Shown here in pieces: positions 12,623-26,464 of a DNA stretch of 64,000 nt. Origin of the DNA: Aplysia californica (Eukaryota); the NCBI RefSeq assembly GCF_000002075.1, contig NW_004797346.1, positions 478,986 through 542,985 of the forward strand, in the 5' to 3' direction. Every line of letters starts with the position of its first letter. Position 1 is the stretch's first letter. The notes beneath the pieces are model-generated. The model worked only from the letters and a program-made list of their open reading frames with translations. It was not told the DNA's origin and did no database searches. The translations under genes were made by a program, and so were the position numbers.

Positions 12623-14260
12623 AAAGTGAGTTGGGTGAGAAAAGAGAGACGTAAAGAGTGGCGCGGTGACAGAGGGAGACAAAGATAGAGGTGGTGAGTT
12701 CCCGAAAAATGATAACATTGACTGACCATTGCATTATAATCTGGTGTTCGTGACTTCCTCATAATAACTGAGGTCAGAAGAATTGGCCCTTGCCTCATTG
12801 ATAAGACCAAGAGAAGTCAAGGAGGGGCCGCGCGCACATGGAAAAGAGGGTGTCGCTATCAGTTAAATCGTGACTTCCCCTTATTTTCCTGAAGCGCTCA
12901 ATGAAGGGCGTCCTTCGATCGTCTCCATGAGACAAGGAAACTGTGTGTGAGAGGAGGGGGTGGGTGGGGGGTGGGGGGGATTCCAGTGTAACAGCAGCAG
13001 TCAGTCAGTATTCCCGAAAAAGAATCGATTTAAAGATAGCTTCCCATTTAGAGTCTTCACCCTTTCCTGAACCTTGCCTTAATATCCAAAGGGGTACAGG
13101 ATTATTATTATTTTTTTTAAATTATCTGTTATTTATTTAAATTAAAAAATTTTTTTTTTAAAAAACGCCAAAAAACTAATATTGCATGTTTTTCACAAGT
13201 ATGTTTTTGAACAGACATGATACTTTGAAATGTATTTTACTAAAAGGCTGAAGTTTTCTAAACAACGTTTATTGCAGCTTAAAATTTGCACAACTGTAGA
13301 CAAGATAAAGCAGGACCAGCGAAAAGGGAGGAAGATTGGTTTGGGGGGGGGGGGAGGGGGGGTGGAGGGTACATGTGTATTTCTAAGGCATTTTGTTTCA
13401 GACATCAAAGTACCTGAACAGCTTTTGGATATGTCTTTTTGAACGAGCTGGGGTTGTTGTTTTTTAATTTTTTGTTAAAGTTTGTCTATTTATCGGGCAA
13501 GAGAAAAGTTTGAAAAATAAGTTCGTCCTCCATCATCATTTGCGAATATGTAAATAACATGAATTTAAAAAAAAGAAGAAACGCTTAAGAGATTTTTAAA
13601 AAAGAATGTATAGAAGACATTTTTGGACGAATGGGTTCTCTCCAGCAGCAGATTTTTAAAAATATAATCTAATATTAGAAAACAGAATGTGAATGTTGCG
13701 AACCGTCTATTAACAAGCGACCCAGAGATATTTCAGTTATATGTCAAATGTCAACGCCCTTTTTCTGGCGCGATCAACCATGAATAATTTAAGGTCGTAA
13801 CTAACAATTACTTGCTTTCGTTATGTTGGCGTGTTCTCTAAAACCAGACAGGTGTGGAGCGCCAATGATATTACTATCAAATGCAAATCAAACCGCCACA
13901 ACTTTGTCGCGCTCATCATAATGGATGAGTGTGAAAAGTCCATACATTTTGCTACTGTACCTTGGAACATAGAAAGTATCTACGATGAATGTGGTCATGA
14001 TAAGTTAATCGTATTTTCCAATAACTGGGAACAAAATTGTGTTCACCCCGATAACAATCTTCTACTGGTTCACATCTCTGTAACTTTTCTGTCCTATCTC
14101 CTTTTTTCAGTTTCTCACTCCTTCTAATCGCAGGCCCACTTCATTGTATTGTGTGGCATGTACTCATCAACAAACAGGATAACCCCGTTTGTGTGGTACC
14201 ACTTGACAGAAGGAGAAGTAGAAGCAACCCGGAAACTTCCCATTCCTTAACCCTTGACTT

Positions 14261-14264
<4 letters not shown>

Positions 14265-14315
<51 letters not shown>

Positions 14316-14348
14316 TCTCTTTACCTCTCTCTCTTTCACTCACCCCCT

Positions 14349-14408
<60 letters not shown>

Positions 14409-14503
14409 GTTCCCTCTCTCCTTCTCTCCGTTAAGTGTGCATCTCTCTCTGTCTTTCCCTCTGTCTGTAGATCTCTTTCTAGCCGTGTCTCAGACTGTTT
14501 TCA

Positions 14504-14585
<82 letters not shown>

Positions 14586-14587
14586 CT
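14265..14587. repeat. (CT)n and (TCTG)n microsatellites
   Basis: direct inspection. Confidence 0.96.
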
Positions 14588-17224
14588 TTATTACTTTCTC
14601 TCTCCCTCTCTCCTCTATTTTTATTCGAATGACAAAACGCTTGTTTTGCCATTTAATCTAAATAATTTTTTTTTAAAGAGCTCCTCTGGTTAATTTATTC
14701 AAGCAACTTCAGACGATGCATTCATAACCTGCAAAAAACTCTCAAATACCGTTCCAGTTCAACGATATTAATGACATTTCATTTTTTAGCTTAGGTCTGA
14801 AGATAGAAACGAGTAAACAAACAAAACAAAACAACCTCTCCCCCCCAAAAAAACCCACCAAAAAACAAAAACAAAAAAGCACTCACACACAAAAAATTAT
14901 GATAAAAAGAACTATCGCATAACATAAAGCAGCAGACTAAAACGTTAACGACCATTGCCAGCTGATATATCTAAAGACCTCAGCCCAGAGCCACGAGTTG
15001 TAAAGAGGAAAGCCATTTCCCCCAAGTACATTGTTTTTATAATACATGTAATTTGAAAGAAAATCGTGTTCACTGGAAAGTATTTTTGNNNNNNNNNNNN
15101 NNNNNNNNNNNNNNNNNNNNNNNNNNNNNNNNNNNNNNNNNNNNNNNNNNNNNNNNNNNNNNNNNNNNNNNNNNNNNNNNNNNNNNNNNNNNNNNNNNNN
15201 NNNNNNNNNNNNNNNNNNNNNNNNNNNNNNNNNNNNNNNNNNNNNNNNNNNNNNNNNNNNNNNNNNNNNNNNNNNNNNNNNNNNNNNNNNNNNNNNNNNN
15301 NNNNNNNNNNNNNNNNNNNNNNNNNNNNNNNNNNNNNNNNNNNNNNNNNNNNNNNNNNNNNNNNNNNNNNNNNNNNNNNNNNNNNNNNNNNNNNNNNNNN
15401 NNNNNNNNNNNNNNNNNNNNNNNNNNNNNNNNNNNNNNNNNNNNNNNNNNNNNNNNNNNNNNNNNNNTGTGGGTGACCAGTGCCCTATGATGAGCTCACG
15501 TGCACGTCTTTGTTTCGTCCATTGCTGTTTTAGAGTGTATGGTGGGTGTGCGCGGGGTCGTGTATATGTATATGTTCTTGTGTATGTGTTTCTGTGTGTG
15601 CATGTTCACCATGATTTTCAAGAACTTTTTATTCTGCACTCTCTCTCGTTTATTGTTATCAAAATGTAAACAAATTTCTCAAACTGATTTAACATTTTAT
15701 CAAATTAACACAGTTTACACCACGTCATCCAACAGCCGCATGGATGTTTTATTATATCATAATAATATTATGTAAATACAACAAAATGAGGAAAAGTTAG
15801 TTTCAGTACTCCTTAATATCTTCATGGGTAAAATCTGATCAGCTCACCAATGTAATGGGCGCCGAACCTGTGCTACTTCACCAGTTAGAGACATTTGTGG
15901 GTGAACTCTGGCCAGCCTCCTGTTGATTTTATTTCTTCCCCATTGCTTTTTAATGAGGCGTAGATGAATTTATGAGTAGGGTTAAGCGATTCAATTTCTA
16001 GGAGTCTACTATAGTGTTTTCGTAATGGTTTCAAAAATAACGCTGAGGACATTCGTGTAAAAATTGGAATGAGAATGTGGTTCACAGAGTAACTGTTAGC
16101 AGGGGCGGCTCGTGGGTCTAAAAAGTGGGCGTGCACAATTAAGCTATCTTAGGCTGAAGATAATCAAGGGCAGAGTAAATGGGATGGTGTATAATTTTAG
16201 GATCTTTGGGTTGGTGAAGGAAGACCTTTGTGCTTTTATTTTCATTCTTTTTTACTTGTGGCTTTGACTTCAAGAACTAAATCTGTTTGTTAGCTAAACG
16301 TCAATTTCATTCATCCTGCATTAGAACTGAACACTCAAGTAATACCTTTCACCACTCCACTACAAAACCGTTCAAAAGCACAACTCATAGGACGGTGACC
16401 TAAGTATGTCACGTTCACCTCCCTCAGGTTCACGGTCACAGAGTCACTTAAAATAGCGACAAGACAATGAACCAATTACAATTCACTTGAGCACTCCGCT
16501 GGATTGCTCCGGGGCCCACATAATTTTGGCATGGAATAGTGCACAGTCTATGGCGTTTATTTTTAGATTGCCTACAGTGGGCTATGTTTCGGCGCTATTC
16601 GGCTGGAGCACATTCAGGATGTGCCGTCTTATTAATATTAATGTGCCGCTAAACTCTCTACAAGTGTCGTCATCGCTTGGATTATCCCAAAGAGCGATTT
16701 ATAGGTCAGGTTTCTACTGTTGACTATCCTGTTATGTTTAGATACAGCGCATGAACTTAGGCATGGCATAGCAGATGTTTTACGGCAATATAGAATAGAA
16801 ATGACAGTTACGGCGCCAGCGAGGGCCTTGTTTTGATATAAAATTTGGCTAGTGTTCGTTTCTGGCGTCTTTTATTTTATTATTGTGGGTGCTTTACGTC
16901 ATAGAACATTAAAACATTTTGGGCGGCACAGCACGACTGTGCTCTATGGACGAACAGCGCCTGACTGTTAGATAAGTCAGTAATTTTTTTTCCACAGATA
17001 TGATAATTGTTTTTTCACTTACTTTTTTCTCCCACAAATTTTCATGTTCTTTAAATTTTAGTTGTTAGCTCTGCCAGAAATGGTGCTTGACAGATCGGAT
17101 TTTTTCAGTAAGTTTATCCGACAGAAAAAGCCTTTCTACAGGAACGTAAGAGGGAGGGGGCGGAGTGGTGTGCTATAAGCACGGTGGATGAAGGTGGCTC
17201 AGGTATGATATACTTTTTTTTTTT

Positions 17225-17395
17225 AGTAGAAGTTTTACGGCGCTCGCAACTGCATAAGGTCATATGAGCGCCAGAGGATTAGAGGTGTTACAAGAGAGTA
17301 ACAAATATAAAAAAGAAGAAGCGGAGATGAGGACGATAGATGTTCGATGGGAAAGAAGAAGCAAACCACACCAGTGCATCCGCCAACCACCCACG
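17225..17395 (-). mobile_element. retroposon family B copy
   Basis: Reverse-complement match to 41946-42120 including the tail stem-loop. Confidence 0.8.
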
Positions 17396-18084
17396 GTAAG
17401 ATGTACGTCAAGAATCAACTAAAAGCCTAGTTTCCAAAGAGGTAAAAAAAAAACAACAATCGATTATTATGACGTGAGAAACCTGATAATGCAGAATACT
17501 GGTTATTGTGCTCTCAGGAGAAGATGGATCAGTGAGGGGATAAAGTTAATATTACGTACATCATGAGCTGTAATTTCGGACATACGATACAAAAAAAAAA
17601 AATCTATGGAGTACACACACTCACATGCACACGCACAGAATTGTAAATCTGTAACTTGAGAAGGTCGTGTAATCGCAAAAAGAAAGACATTCCTGACAAG
17701 GGCCCAATGAGAGTGTTACTGGGTCTGTGGGGAAAGTGTGTCAGGAACTTTCACCCCATTGGGCTTGCAGAGCATGAGCCCTCTCTACAACAATTGTTTC
17801 GGGTTCATTTTCTTTTAATCTTCTACCTTTCTTTTAGAAGGGTTTCATTTAGAAAGGGCAGTTGGAACCGGCTCATCCTTTCTTGAGCCCTTAAACATTT
17901 GATTGGCTGTCATGTTAGGTTGATATCGTTGTAAGAGTGACAATAGTGATTGGATGAACGAGCAAGTGCGTGTGCACACTGCGTGCATCCGGAGGGAGAG
18001 GATTCTAAAGCAATCACAACGCTTTCTACTGATTACTTTGTTAATTCAAAAACATTCATTTACGTTGGGAAGGAGTTGCGTGAG

Positions 18085-18610
18085 GGGGCTCTCGTGGCCA
18101 AAAGTGCTCGCCTTTCATTCTTTGGTCCCGGATTCGAATCCGGATAGCGACGGAAATTTGTCTTCTCTTAAATTTTCTCATTTCAATTCATTTCGTGCTC
18201 TCCAGCAAAGTTCTGTTAGCTGCTTTCGTCTCCACTTTCTGCCTCTACTCTCTCAGCTCCTTTGCCCCTTCCTCTGGGCTCCTGACTCTTTCTGCAGCCT
18301 TTTACGGCTACTCCTTGGCTGTCTCTTACTGCTATCTTTCAGCCACACCTCTGATCTTAAGGTAGGAAAAATCTACACCTATAGTATAGCCTTCTCGGGA
18401 CAAGGACAAACAATCTCGGAGATCCTATGAGCAAGTTACGCAGGTTAAAGATCCCTTGGTGGGGTCAAAATCGATACGAGTAGGCTTCGGCCGCCACCAG
18501 GGAAAAATTCAAAATTTCCTACCAACTGAAAATTTTTAATGTGTCCCACGCGCTCATATGACCTTATGCAGTTGCAAGCACCGTAAAACACTTACCAAAG
18601 AAGAAAAAAA
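18085..18610 (+). mobile_element. tRNA-derived SINE family A, full length
   Basis: Same head, body and tail as 10912-11441 in the opposite orientation; A-rich end. Confidence 0.9.
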
Positions 18611-18774
18611 AGTTGGTGGAGGGGCTCAAGCCATCTTGCTCTTCTCTACGCCTCACCACTGCCCAGTCCCGACAACGGTAGCAGTTCTTTGAGATCCGAC
18701 ATGCTGGGCGATCAAATTAAAATAGATTCAATGCTGACTAAGAAGTTGGGAATAACCACAGTTAATACAAAAAA

Positions 18775-18963
18775 TACTGTCAGACTTGTTTAAGACGACC
18801 TATGTTGTCAAGAAAAAAGTGGAGAAACGGTTCTCTTTGACAGTATAAAAAAACCCTCAAAAGTGGTGGTGGGGGGGGGGGGGGGGGGGTGAGAAAGTGA
18901 GAAGTAGTTGTCTGTACAGGTGGCTGTCTAATACAGGTGGTCGCTAGAACAAGTTCCACTGTA
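18775..18963. mobile_element. Tigger-like MITE
   Basis: TACTGTCAGACTTGTTTAAGACGACC / rc TACAGTGGAACTTGTTCTAGCGACCACCTG; CAGGTGG subterminal repeats. Confidence 0.55.
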
Positions 18964-19519
18964 CTTGTATTCTAGGGAAAGGATACCTAAAAAATAATAG
19001 TATGATTGTGTAGAAGAAGAAATGTTAATATATAAATAGTCTAAATTGTCCACAAAGGATATCCATTGTCGTGGAAACAGTGGTTGTCTTAGACAGGTGG
19101 GTGTCTTGGACTGTGTCATAATATTTTTTTAACGTAGGGAGGGGGAGGGGGAGTGACTAGTGGTCGTTTGTAAAGGAGTTTGTCACTTGTCTTGGACAGG
19201 TTGCCAAAAAAGAAGATTCGATTACTCTTTAAAAAATGGAAATGGGGGGGGGGGGGTTACATGGTTTACACCTCTTTTACCATAGCTTTTTTTTTAAATT
19301 TCAGAATCGAACTTTGTCGGACTTTTATTATTCTACTTGTGTATTATTACTGCTTCAAGGCTACAGCGAGCATGAAAAAGAGCCCGCTACATTCTCCACT
19401 GAGAATGAAAAGTGCGTGAGAATAGCATGTGGTCCTGTTTAAAAAAAAAAACTTTTAAAATCTAATGTAGGTGTTTTTAGAGAAAATTAATAATTAAGAA
19501 CATATAGAATTCAGCTTTC

Positions 19520-19675
19520 CGACCTGCTTGTCAGGGCTAACCCGGCCTGAAAGCGATATACATCCCAGCAGAAAGACTAAGATACTCGTGAAGAAAAGTA
19601 TTTCTCCTTCTCGGGAGTCGAATTCCGGTCTCCTGCGTGCAGCAGCAAATCAGCTGACCTCTGCTCCAGAGGAAG
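19520..19675 (-). mobile_element. degenerate tRNA-derived (SINE-like) head
   Basis: Minus strand TGGAGCAGAGG (A-box-like) ... GGAATTCGACTCC (B-box-like). Confidence 0.35.
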
Positions 19676-19839
19676 CCGGTACCTTGTGCTCGCGATAGAC
19701 AGAGACAAACAACTACTTATAACGTCATTGTCAGCATGTCCAAAGGAATCCTTTTTTTTTACCAAACACTATCTATGGATTCCATGCGCAACTAGGCCAC
19801 AGTGCATACACGACGTAACAATGTTCTAAGCATGGGGAG

Positions 19840-20595
19840 CAGGGGCGAAGGCTGACTTGTTTGACAGGGTAATCAAAGTGAGATGGGACCAGATACGGCC
19901 AGGAGATATCACACTCACACAAGTCACAAGAATCTTTCTGGAGGCGGCAACTCTGAGTTGTGAAGGAAAACAATTCCTGAATTCATGTTGTATGCATACA
20001 CTTTGGTAAAGCATATCAATTATTATTTTTTTATTTCTCCTTTGGCTGTTTTTGTCTAGCTTTTCGCGGGCAGGACCCGGTGTCATAATCGAGGTCACGA
20101 TCTGATTATAGGACGTTAAAAAGTCTAGGAAAAAAAAGGAGCACTCGCAGCAGTCACGATATTATTAGGAGTTAGTTCCCCTCACATCTGTGAGGTAGAC
20201 TCGACCAGTGTAATAGTTAGCTTACATAATCAGCGCGTGTGGCTGCTTATAACTGTGGCTCAAAAGGGGTGAACAGGGTATATGTAGCAATGAAACAGTT
20301 CTGACTACTATGCACATGTTCCCTTCAACTCTATTGGTAGACTCTTCCAGCCTCACTTTAAGCTTACTTAATCAAAGCTTGTGAGTGCGTATGGAGTGGC
20401 CCGATAGGGGCAAACAGGCTATTTCTGTGGCAATGAAACGGTTTTGAAGGTTAGGCATAGTCTTTTGTTTTTTGGTGATTATGAACGTCTTTTTACATTT
20501 AATTTATGAGGTTTACGTCTATGGGTGAATTTGACTACGACAATGTTTCAAAATTAGGAAAGAAAGCAGTGATTATTTGATTATATAGACGCTTC
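19840..20595 (-). repeat. unclassified interspersed repeat X, copy 2
   Basis: Reverse complement of 9714-10627 (gaagcgtctatataatcaaataatcac...gtcagccttcgcccctg). Confidence 0.88.
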
Positions 20596-21104
20596 GCCTC
20601 TGACGGGGAGGAATATTTAATCATTTTTGTGCATGGAATGCATCTAGAAAAGTCAAACTTCACCTTTACTTTTTACTTTTATCCGGTGTCGCGGGAAGAA
20701 AGAGACATCTCTCTGCCACCTGCCGGAGAGCTTGGGTCAGGGAGATGCCGTGAGTTGTTAGGTGTTTCTCTGACTGTAAAACTTCACCGCCATAGGGAAA
20801 AACAAAAAGTGGGATTGTATTGTCTGGTAGAGAGTGTTTATGTAGCCAGTTAACAGGCGATCTAGAACTCTAATGATAGAGTACTTCACCGGCTCAGCTA
20901 CCTTTGAATAGAATTGCTCGTTTTTGTTTAACGGTTTTGGAACTTAAAGAATTTCTTATCGTCCAATCCGTTGCTACAAAGTAATAATAAGTAGGCCTAA
21001 ATATCGGCCCCGAATGCTGTGGACGAGCCATCATAATCCATTCATCTGTCGCTATTATTAGCCCCTCCTATTCTCTACATGTACTGTACTAATCTGTTAA
21101 ACGA

Positions 21105-21735
21105 AAGGAAAACTCTGGATGGGGCTTCTCAGCAAGAGTGAGCGGCAGATTGGTGCGGGAACAGCAGAGAGCATACGATATGACAACATCTAGCACGAGA
21201 ATGCAGATAGATGCAATCACTCAGGCTCTCAAAAGGGTCACAACAACTCGACAAGCACATGTGATCTTTGTCAAAGACTCTCAAAGCACTCTGATTAAGA
21301 TTGAGAGTGGGAACCTTAGAGCGGAATGGACAGAGCTCCTGAAGAAGACAACACTGAAAAAGATCACGTGGATCTTCATCCCGGGCCATGCTGGAGTAAA
21401 GGGCAATGAGCGGGCTGATGAGCTCGCTGGAAAAGCAAGACCTGAAGGGAAACTGTGCCCTGACAAAACTGAAATTGTACGTTCAGTCAGGGAAACACGA
21501 GAAAAAGAACAAGAAGAGTCGGAATACCATCATCGTGAGCGACTTCGTGAGCTTGGAATCGGCCTGCAGAAGTTCAAAACTTTGTGGGAGGAGCAGAAGG
21601 CTATGCAATCAACTATTGCTTGGAACCGTCAGCATCTACACACTTCGAGATGTTCTTCTACAGGGAACGGAGCGCTTAAGGGGATGCCCCTTGTGCAGTG
21701 ATGTCGGTCCTTCACACAAGTAAACTAAATGAACT
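21105..21735 (+). mobile_element. 5'-truncated non-LTR retrotransposon, RNase H domain and C-terminus (frameshifted; I-group-like)
   Basis: Translation VIFVKDSQSTL...ITWIFIPGHAGVKGNERADELAGKA (RNase H DS and WxPGHxGxxGNExAD motifs); frameshift near 21560 into ...CPLCS...HK*; short repeat tail taaactaaatgaact. Confidence 0.85.
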
Positions 21736-21920
21736 CCAAGCACTCAGGTTATAGAAAGAGGAAGGCCACGCAGAAGGTGGATTGAGGGAGTCAAGGAAAC
21801 CCTGGGAAATTATAATATCCCAATTGAAAGAGCTGCGGAGCTGGCCTACCACAGAAAACTGCATCTTCCCTCGACGTTTAACGGTAACAGAGGATGGAAA
21901 AGTAAAAAAAAAAAGTAAAA
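21736..21920 (+). mobile_element. 3' terminal fragment of an RTE-clade LINE
   Basis: Encodes (GYRK)RGRPRRRWIEGVKETL...AAELA (RTE C-terminal GRPxxxW motif), then an AAGTA/A-rich tail; flanked by direct repeat taaatgaact (21726-21735, 21927-21936). Confidence 0.7.
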
Positions 21921-24900
21921 CTAAATTAAATGAACTGCTTGCTGAGTGGTACGAAGACGAGGTTACTGGTCTTTCCCACTCTTTGCCCAAGTTCACTAAT
22001 AGGTCAGCTGCTAATGAGTGAGGCGTGTGAACCGTCGTAGTCCCTTAGCCTCTCAACAACTCAACCATCCGCGCTGAGGACATACAGATCAAAGATGGGG
22101 TTCGTGGCCCTTCGTTTTTACACAGTCGGTTACAATGGACGCAAAATCAACTTACGAGAGAAGTGTTCTTCTTCGTTCGCCGAGTGGTGGTGTCCTTTTC
22201 TATTTATCTTATTATGCTTTTAACATTTTTTACCGCAATCCCCCCCCCCCCCAAACCAGCCTTCTTTTTAAAACCCTCTCAGACCTACATTGACTGACAC
22301 AATTTAGATACAAACATAATACAAACAAGTTGAATGTACGCTTAGAAACTGACAAGCATGGGCAGACACACACACAGACATACAGGCAGATTGAGACANN
22401 NNNNNNNNNNNNNNNNNNNNNNNNNNNNNNNNNNNNNNNNNNNNNNNNNNNNNNNNNNNNNNNNNNNNNNNNNNNNNNNNNNNNNNNNNNNNNNNNNNNN
22501 NNNNNNNNNNNNNNNNNNNNNNNNNNNNNNNNNNNNAGTACACGAACCTCCCTTTTACGCTCCCTCCAATTTTTTTTTTTTTTAATCTACGTAATTTTGA
22601 AGGACAACTGCGGCAGTTTCTAAACCTTCGACCACCTCCGGTTACATCTCAGAAGGGAATTGATTTCCTCATTTTCAAGTGTCCTGTCCAAGATGTCCTT
22701 CTTGGGGGAGACAACCACTTTTCTCTTCGACAATAGGTGGCCCACACACACAGGAAAACGAGGCTAAAACTAAAACAGCACCTGGGCATGGATGCCCCCC
22801 CCCCCCCAAACCGAATTTTTTTTAAAAATTAAAAAACATTTTTTTTTAAATGTCATTGTTAAGTTAATCACCGAGTGCAAATCAATACAGGTTCTCTTGT
22901 AACACTGAACAGGCCTCGTGGGAAAAAAAAAAAGAAATTTCACCTACTTCATCTCACAGTAAGTTCGTCGCGCTCTGCTTACGACGACCTAAAAGAACGC
23001 AATATACAAAAATGACATGGCTTCTCTGCTCTACTTTTGGCTTTTGTGTGGTAGAGGAAATTGCTTTTACTCTTACTTTGACCTGTGGCAACAATGATGG
23101 CTCAAACTGAGATGATATCAAAACCTCTTTGGATGATACACACAGCACAAAAAAGTCCGTAAAGAAAACATGCTGGCGTCTTTGACTTTGACACAATTTT
23201 AACAACGTATGATTTTTAAGACGAGCCCACTCGATCTGTGCTGTAATGCGTGTGGTTTTGATGATAAGAGACAGCAACTTTCTATTGGTGAATTAAAAGA
23301 CCGACGTTGGGTCTTTCCTCAACGTCTTTTTATTTCTTCACCGGTAACTTGTTTCCCCATTCACCATGAATCACCTCAGACTACTATAACTAATCCTGTA
23401 CACTATGTGTGTGTCGTCATGAAATCAGATTCTCTTCAAAGAGGTGATCTCGACAGCGAAGAAACACATTATTTTCCTACCTAGCTTGGACAACTTTTAT
23501 CGATTTTTTAATTTTAAGAAATGATTTTGTATTTCTTTATCTTATAGTAATAATAATAATAATAATAACATTATCACATATTTAAAAATCTAGAAAGAAC
23601 GGTTCAGAGACAACATTAGAAAAGCATAGGCCTATCGTCCAACTTACGGCTTAAATGGAGACCAAGACCATGTAGATCTACGACATTAATTTTATTTAGA
23701 TCTAAATTGTATTTTACTTGTCCTCAGATTTTCAGTAGTACTTAATTATTATGAAGAATTGGAACTGCTAGAGAGACATACACAGTAAGCAGCAAGAGGT
23801 CAATTACAGTAGGATTCAATGTTATCATGGTTGCAGGGTCTTATGGGCGGTTTAGTTTGAGTTAAAATGGTAAGATAAGAAACAGCGACAGGACGACAGC
23901 CATTTTGTGTTCGGACAAAAGCAAGTTAGATTGACAGTAACGAAAGAAACGAAGATGGGTTCAACAGTGGCGTCCTCCGAACAAAGCCGTTGTTCATAGA
24001 TGGGTTGGGGGAGAAGACCAAAGATAGGAAAAGAGAAGGAGAGACGGAGAGAAACTGTGTCAAGCAAATGCGATATTTTTTCGACTGCTTTCCACCGTTC
24101 AAAAAGGGTTTTGAGCTAGGTCTTCTCAGTCTGAGAAAACCTAGGTTTTGAGGGATACAAAGGAGAGAGATGCACATCGATAAGAGGTTTGGCGAAGGTG
24201 GACTGGGAAAGCGGGCGGAAAGAGGGGGGGGGGGCTGCTAATGAGATAAGAGAAGAGACGGAGAGACTCAAACATAGAAATAACCGAATATGTGAATTCA
24301 AGTTTTGCTTTTCAGCGTAAACAAAACTTTTTTTTTGAGCTCACGTCAAGGCAATGCAATGATGTTATTGTGCAGAGAAACTCCCTATCGCCGGTCGCCT
24401 GATAAAACCGTAAATTTTACAATTTCAAAAAAATCATTTTTTTGCATAATAATATTATTAGAACTATCCTGCTTGGCTCTACAGTTCTCACTTGACCTGC
24501 CTCAAGGTCTAACGCTTTGATGACGTCACTTGATAGGTCTAAAAAAGATTCCTGTTTCCAATTACAATGTATAGGCAACGTCTCTCTTTTTAAACCTTCA
24601 TAGTGCCATATAAACGATGCCTAAAATGTTGAGCGGCAGTTTCATGGAAGTCGATATAATATAGCAATGTTGTCACTTTGCTGAAAATATATTCACAAGC
24701 CGATAGCCAAAGAAAAAACTAGAAGAAACAGACCAAAGTACCTCAGCCCCCCTGACATTAAATATTGAATAATAAACCCGTTTCGAGCCACCATGCAGGT
24801 TTGTAAAAAAAAAAAAAAAAAAAAAAAAAGACCAGGAGAAGGGACAAGACAAAGAAAATGACGTGATGCTTTGTAATGACTCTAAATTAGATCGTATAGA

Positions 24901-25140
24901 AACAATAAGGAAAAGGAATGCAGTTATATCTGGGGCGTATATTTTTAAAGAGCTGCAGGAAGCTATCACACTCTGCAATAAAGCAATATAATTTTGGCTG
25001 AAAACATTCGGATGGTCTGAACATTGGGTATTGTTCGTATGAAGCAAAATGACAAGACGTAACAAATCACAGTCAGAAAATGAACAAACGTGTTCGGAGG
25101 TAATATAATAAGATAACCATGTTATAGATGAAAGAAAGGC

Positions 25141-25172
25141 AGAGAGATAGAGAGACAGGCAGAGAGACAGGC

Positions 25173-25231
<59 letters not shown>
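25141..25231. repeat. (GACA)n microsatellite adjoining a gap
   Basis: direct inspection. Confidence 0.95.
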
Positions 25232-26458
25232 NNNNNNNNNNNNNNNNNNNNNNNNNNNNNNNNNNNNNNNNNNNNNNNNNNNNNNNNNNNNNNNNNNNNN
25301 NNNNNNNNNNNNNNNNNNNNNNNNNNNNNNNNNNNNNNNNNNNNNNNNNNNNNNNNNNNNNNNNNNNNNNNNNNNNNNNNNNNNNNNNNNNNNNNNNNNN
25401 NNNNNNNNNNNNNNNNNNNNNNNNNNNNNNNNNNNNNNNNNNNNNNNNNNNNNNNNNNNNNNNNNNNNNNNNNNNNNNNNNNNNNNNNNNNNNNNNNNNN
25501 NNNNNNNNNNNNNNNNNNNNNNNNNNNNNNNNNNNNNNNNNNNNNNNNNNNNNNNNNNNNNNNNNNNNNNNNNNNNNNNNNNNNNNNNNNNNNNNNNNNN
25601 NNNNNNNNNNNNNNNNNNNNNNNNNNNNNNNNNNNNNNNNNNNNNNNNNNNNNNNNNNNNNNNNNNNNNNNNNNNNNNNNNNNNNNNCACTCATGATCAT
25701 TGTCAAATCCAGGGTTCAGCCCAGCAATAATTATTAATTTAGGCTTCTGATAGACCGGCGAAAACCCCGAAGTGTGACACAGGAGGCCGAAACGACCTTC
25801 CCAGGTCTCGTGCGGCGCCAAACCCATACAATAAAAATAAAATTTATAATATTATAATAATTAAAGTGATCATCGTTGCAGTATCTTCCAGGGACACAAC
25901 TGATAATTTGATACAGGAACTTCTACTAACTATTGTTATGTCCCTTGTGTAACTCGTCGCCAGTTCAGTGTCTTTTCTTGATGTTTGGGTTTTTATTTAA
26001 ACTTTCACCCAAAGACAGCTTATTATGCAGCTCGCTCAAAAGGAATGGCGTCACTGCTTGTCTCCTAATCGCTGTATCTCTCATTCTTTTTTTTTAGTAA
26101 GCATTTTATCACACTTGGAACACAATTAGGTCCTGCCATAAATGCCGAAGATCAGAGGAGAAGCGATTTATAAGGATGACAGAAAGAAGCTTGATAAGAA
26201 AGAAAGAGTTGTAGTTGTTTTTTCCAAATCCCTTTAGCTGCGAGCATTTCGCTCTTGGCAGCGCAATATGTCCCTCAAGTAACCGCATGTCCCTGTCATC
26301 TGGTCAGCGCCAGAGAGGAAAGAAAGAGTAAACCACACCAGATCACCCACCAAATCCACCTCTCTGTCTGTCTCTCACTCCCTCTTTCATTCAGGGAGTC
26401 ACACACAGTAACAATTTGAAAGATAGACATATATATGACAACTTTTGAAATAACAACA

Positions 26459-26464
26459 TTTATT
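26459..26464 (-). terminator. candidate distal polyadenylation signal (AATAAA) of the cadherin gene
   Basis: AATAAA on the minus strand, followed by U/GU-rich sequence (tgttgttatttc...tgtctatctttc...tgtgtgt) at the compositional boundary; alternative AATAAA at 30705-30710 and 31045-31050. Confidence 0.3.

Noticed and set aside
12401-15490. LS/ER/SVCL-rich ORFs and X-filled ORFs
   Set aside because: Microsatellite and gap artefacts.
21138-21701. Cellular RNase H1 gene
   Set aside because: Intronless, lacks an intact N-terminal catalytic motif, is frameshifted and ends in a short repeat tail, so it is a retrotransposon remnant.
24673-25827. 384-aa ORF
   Set aside because: Spans a ~455-nt gap and a (GACA)n repeat.
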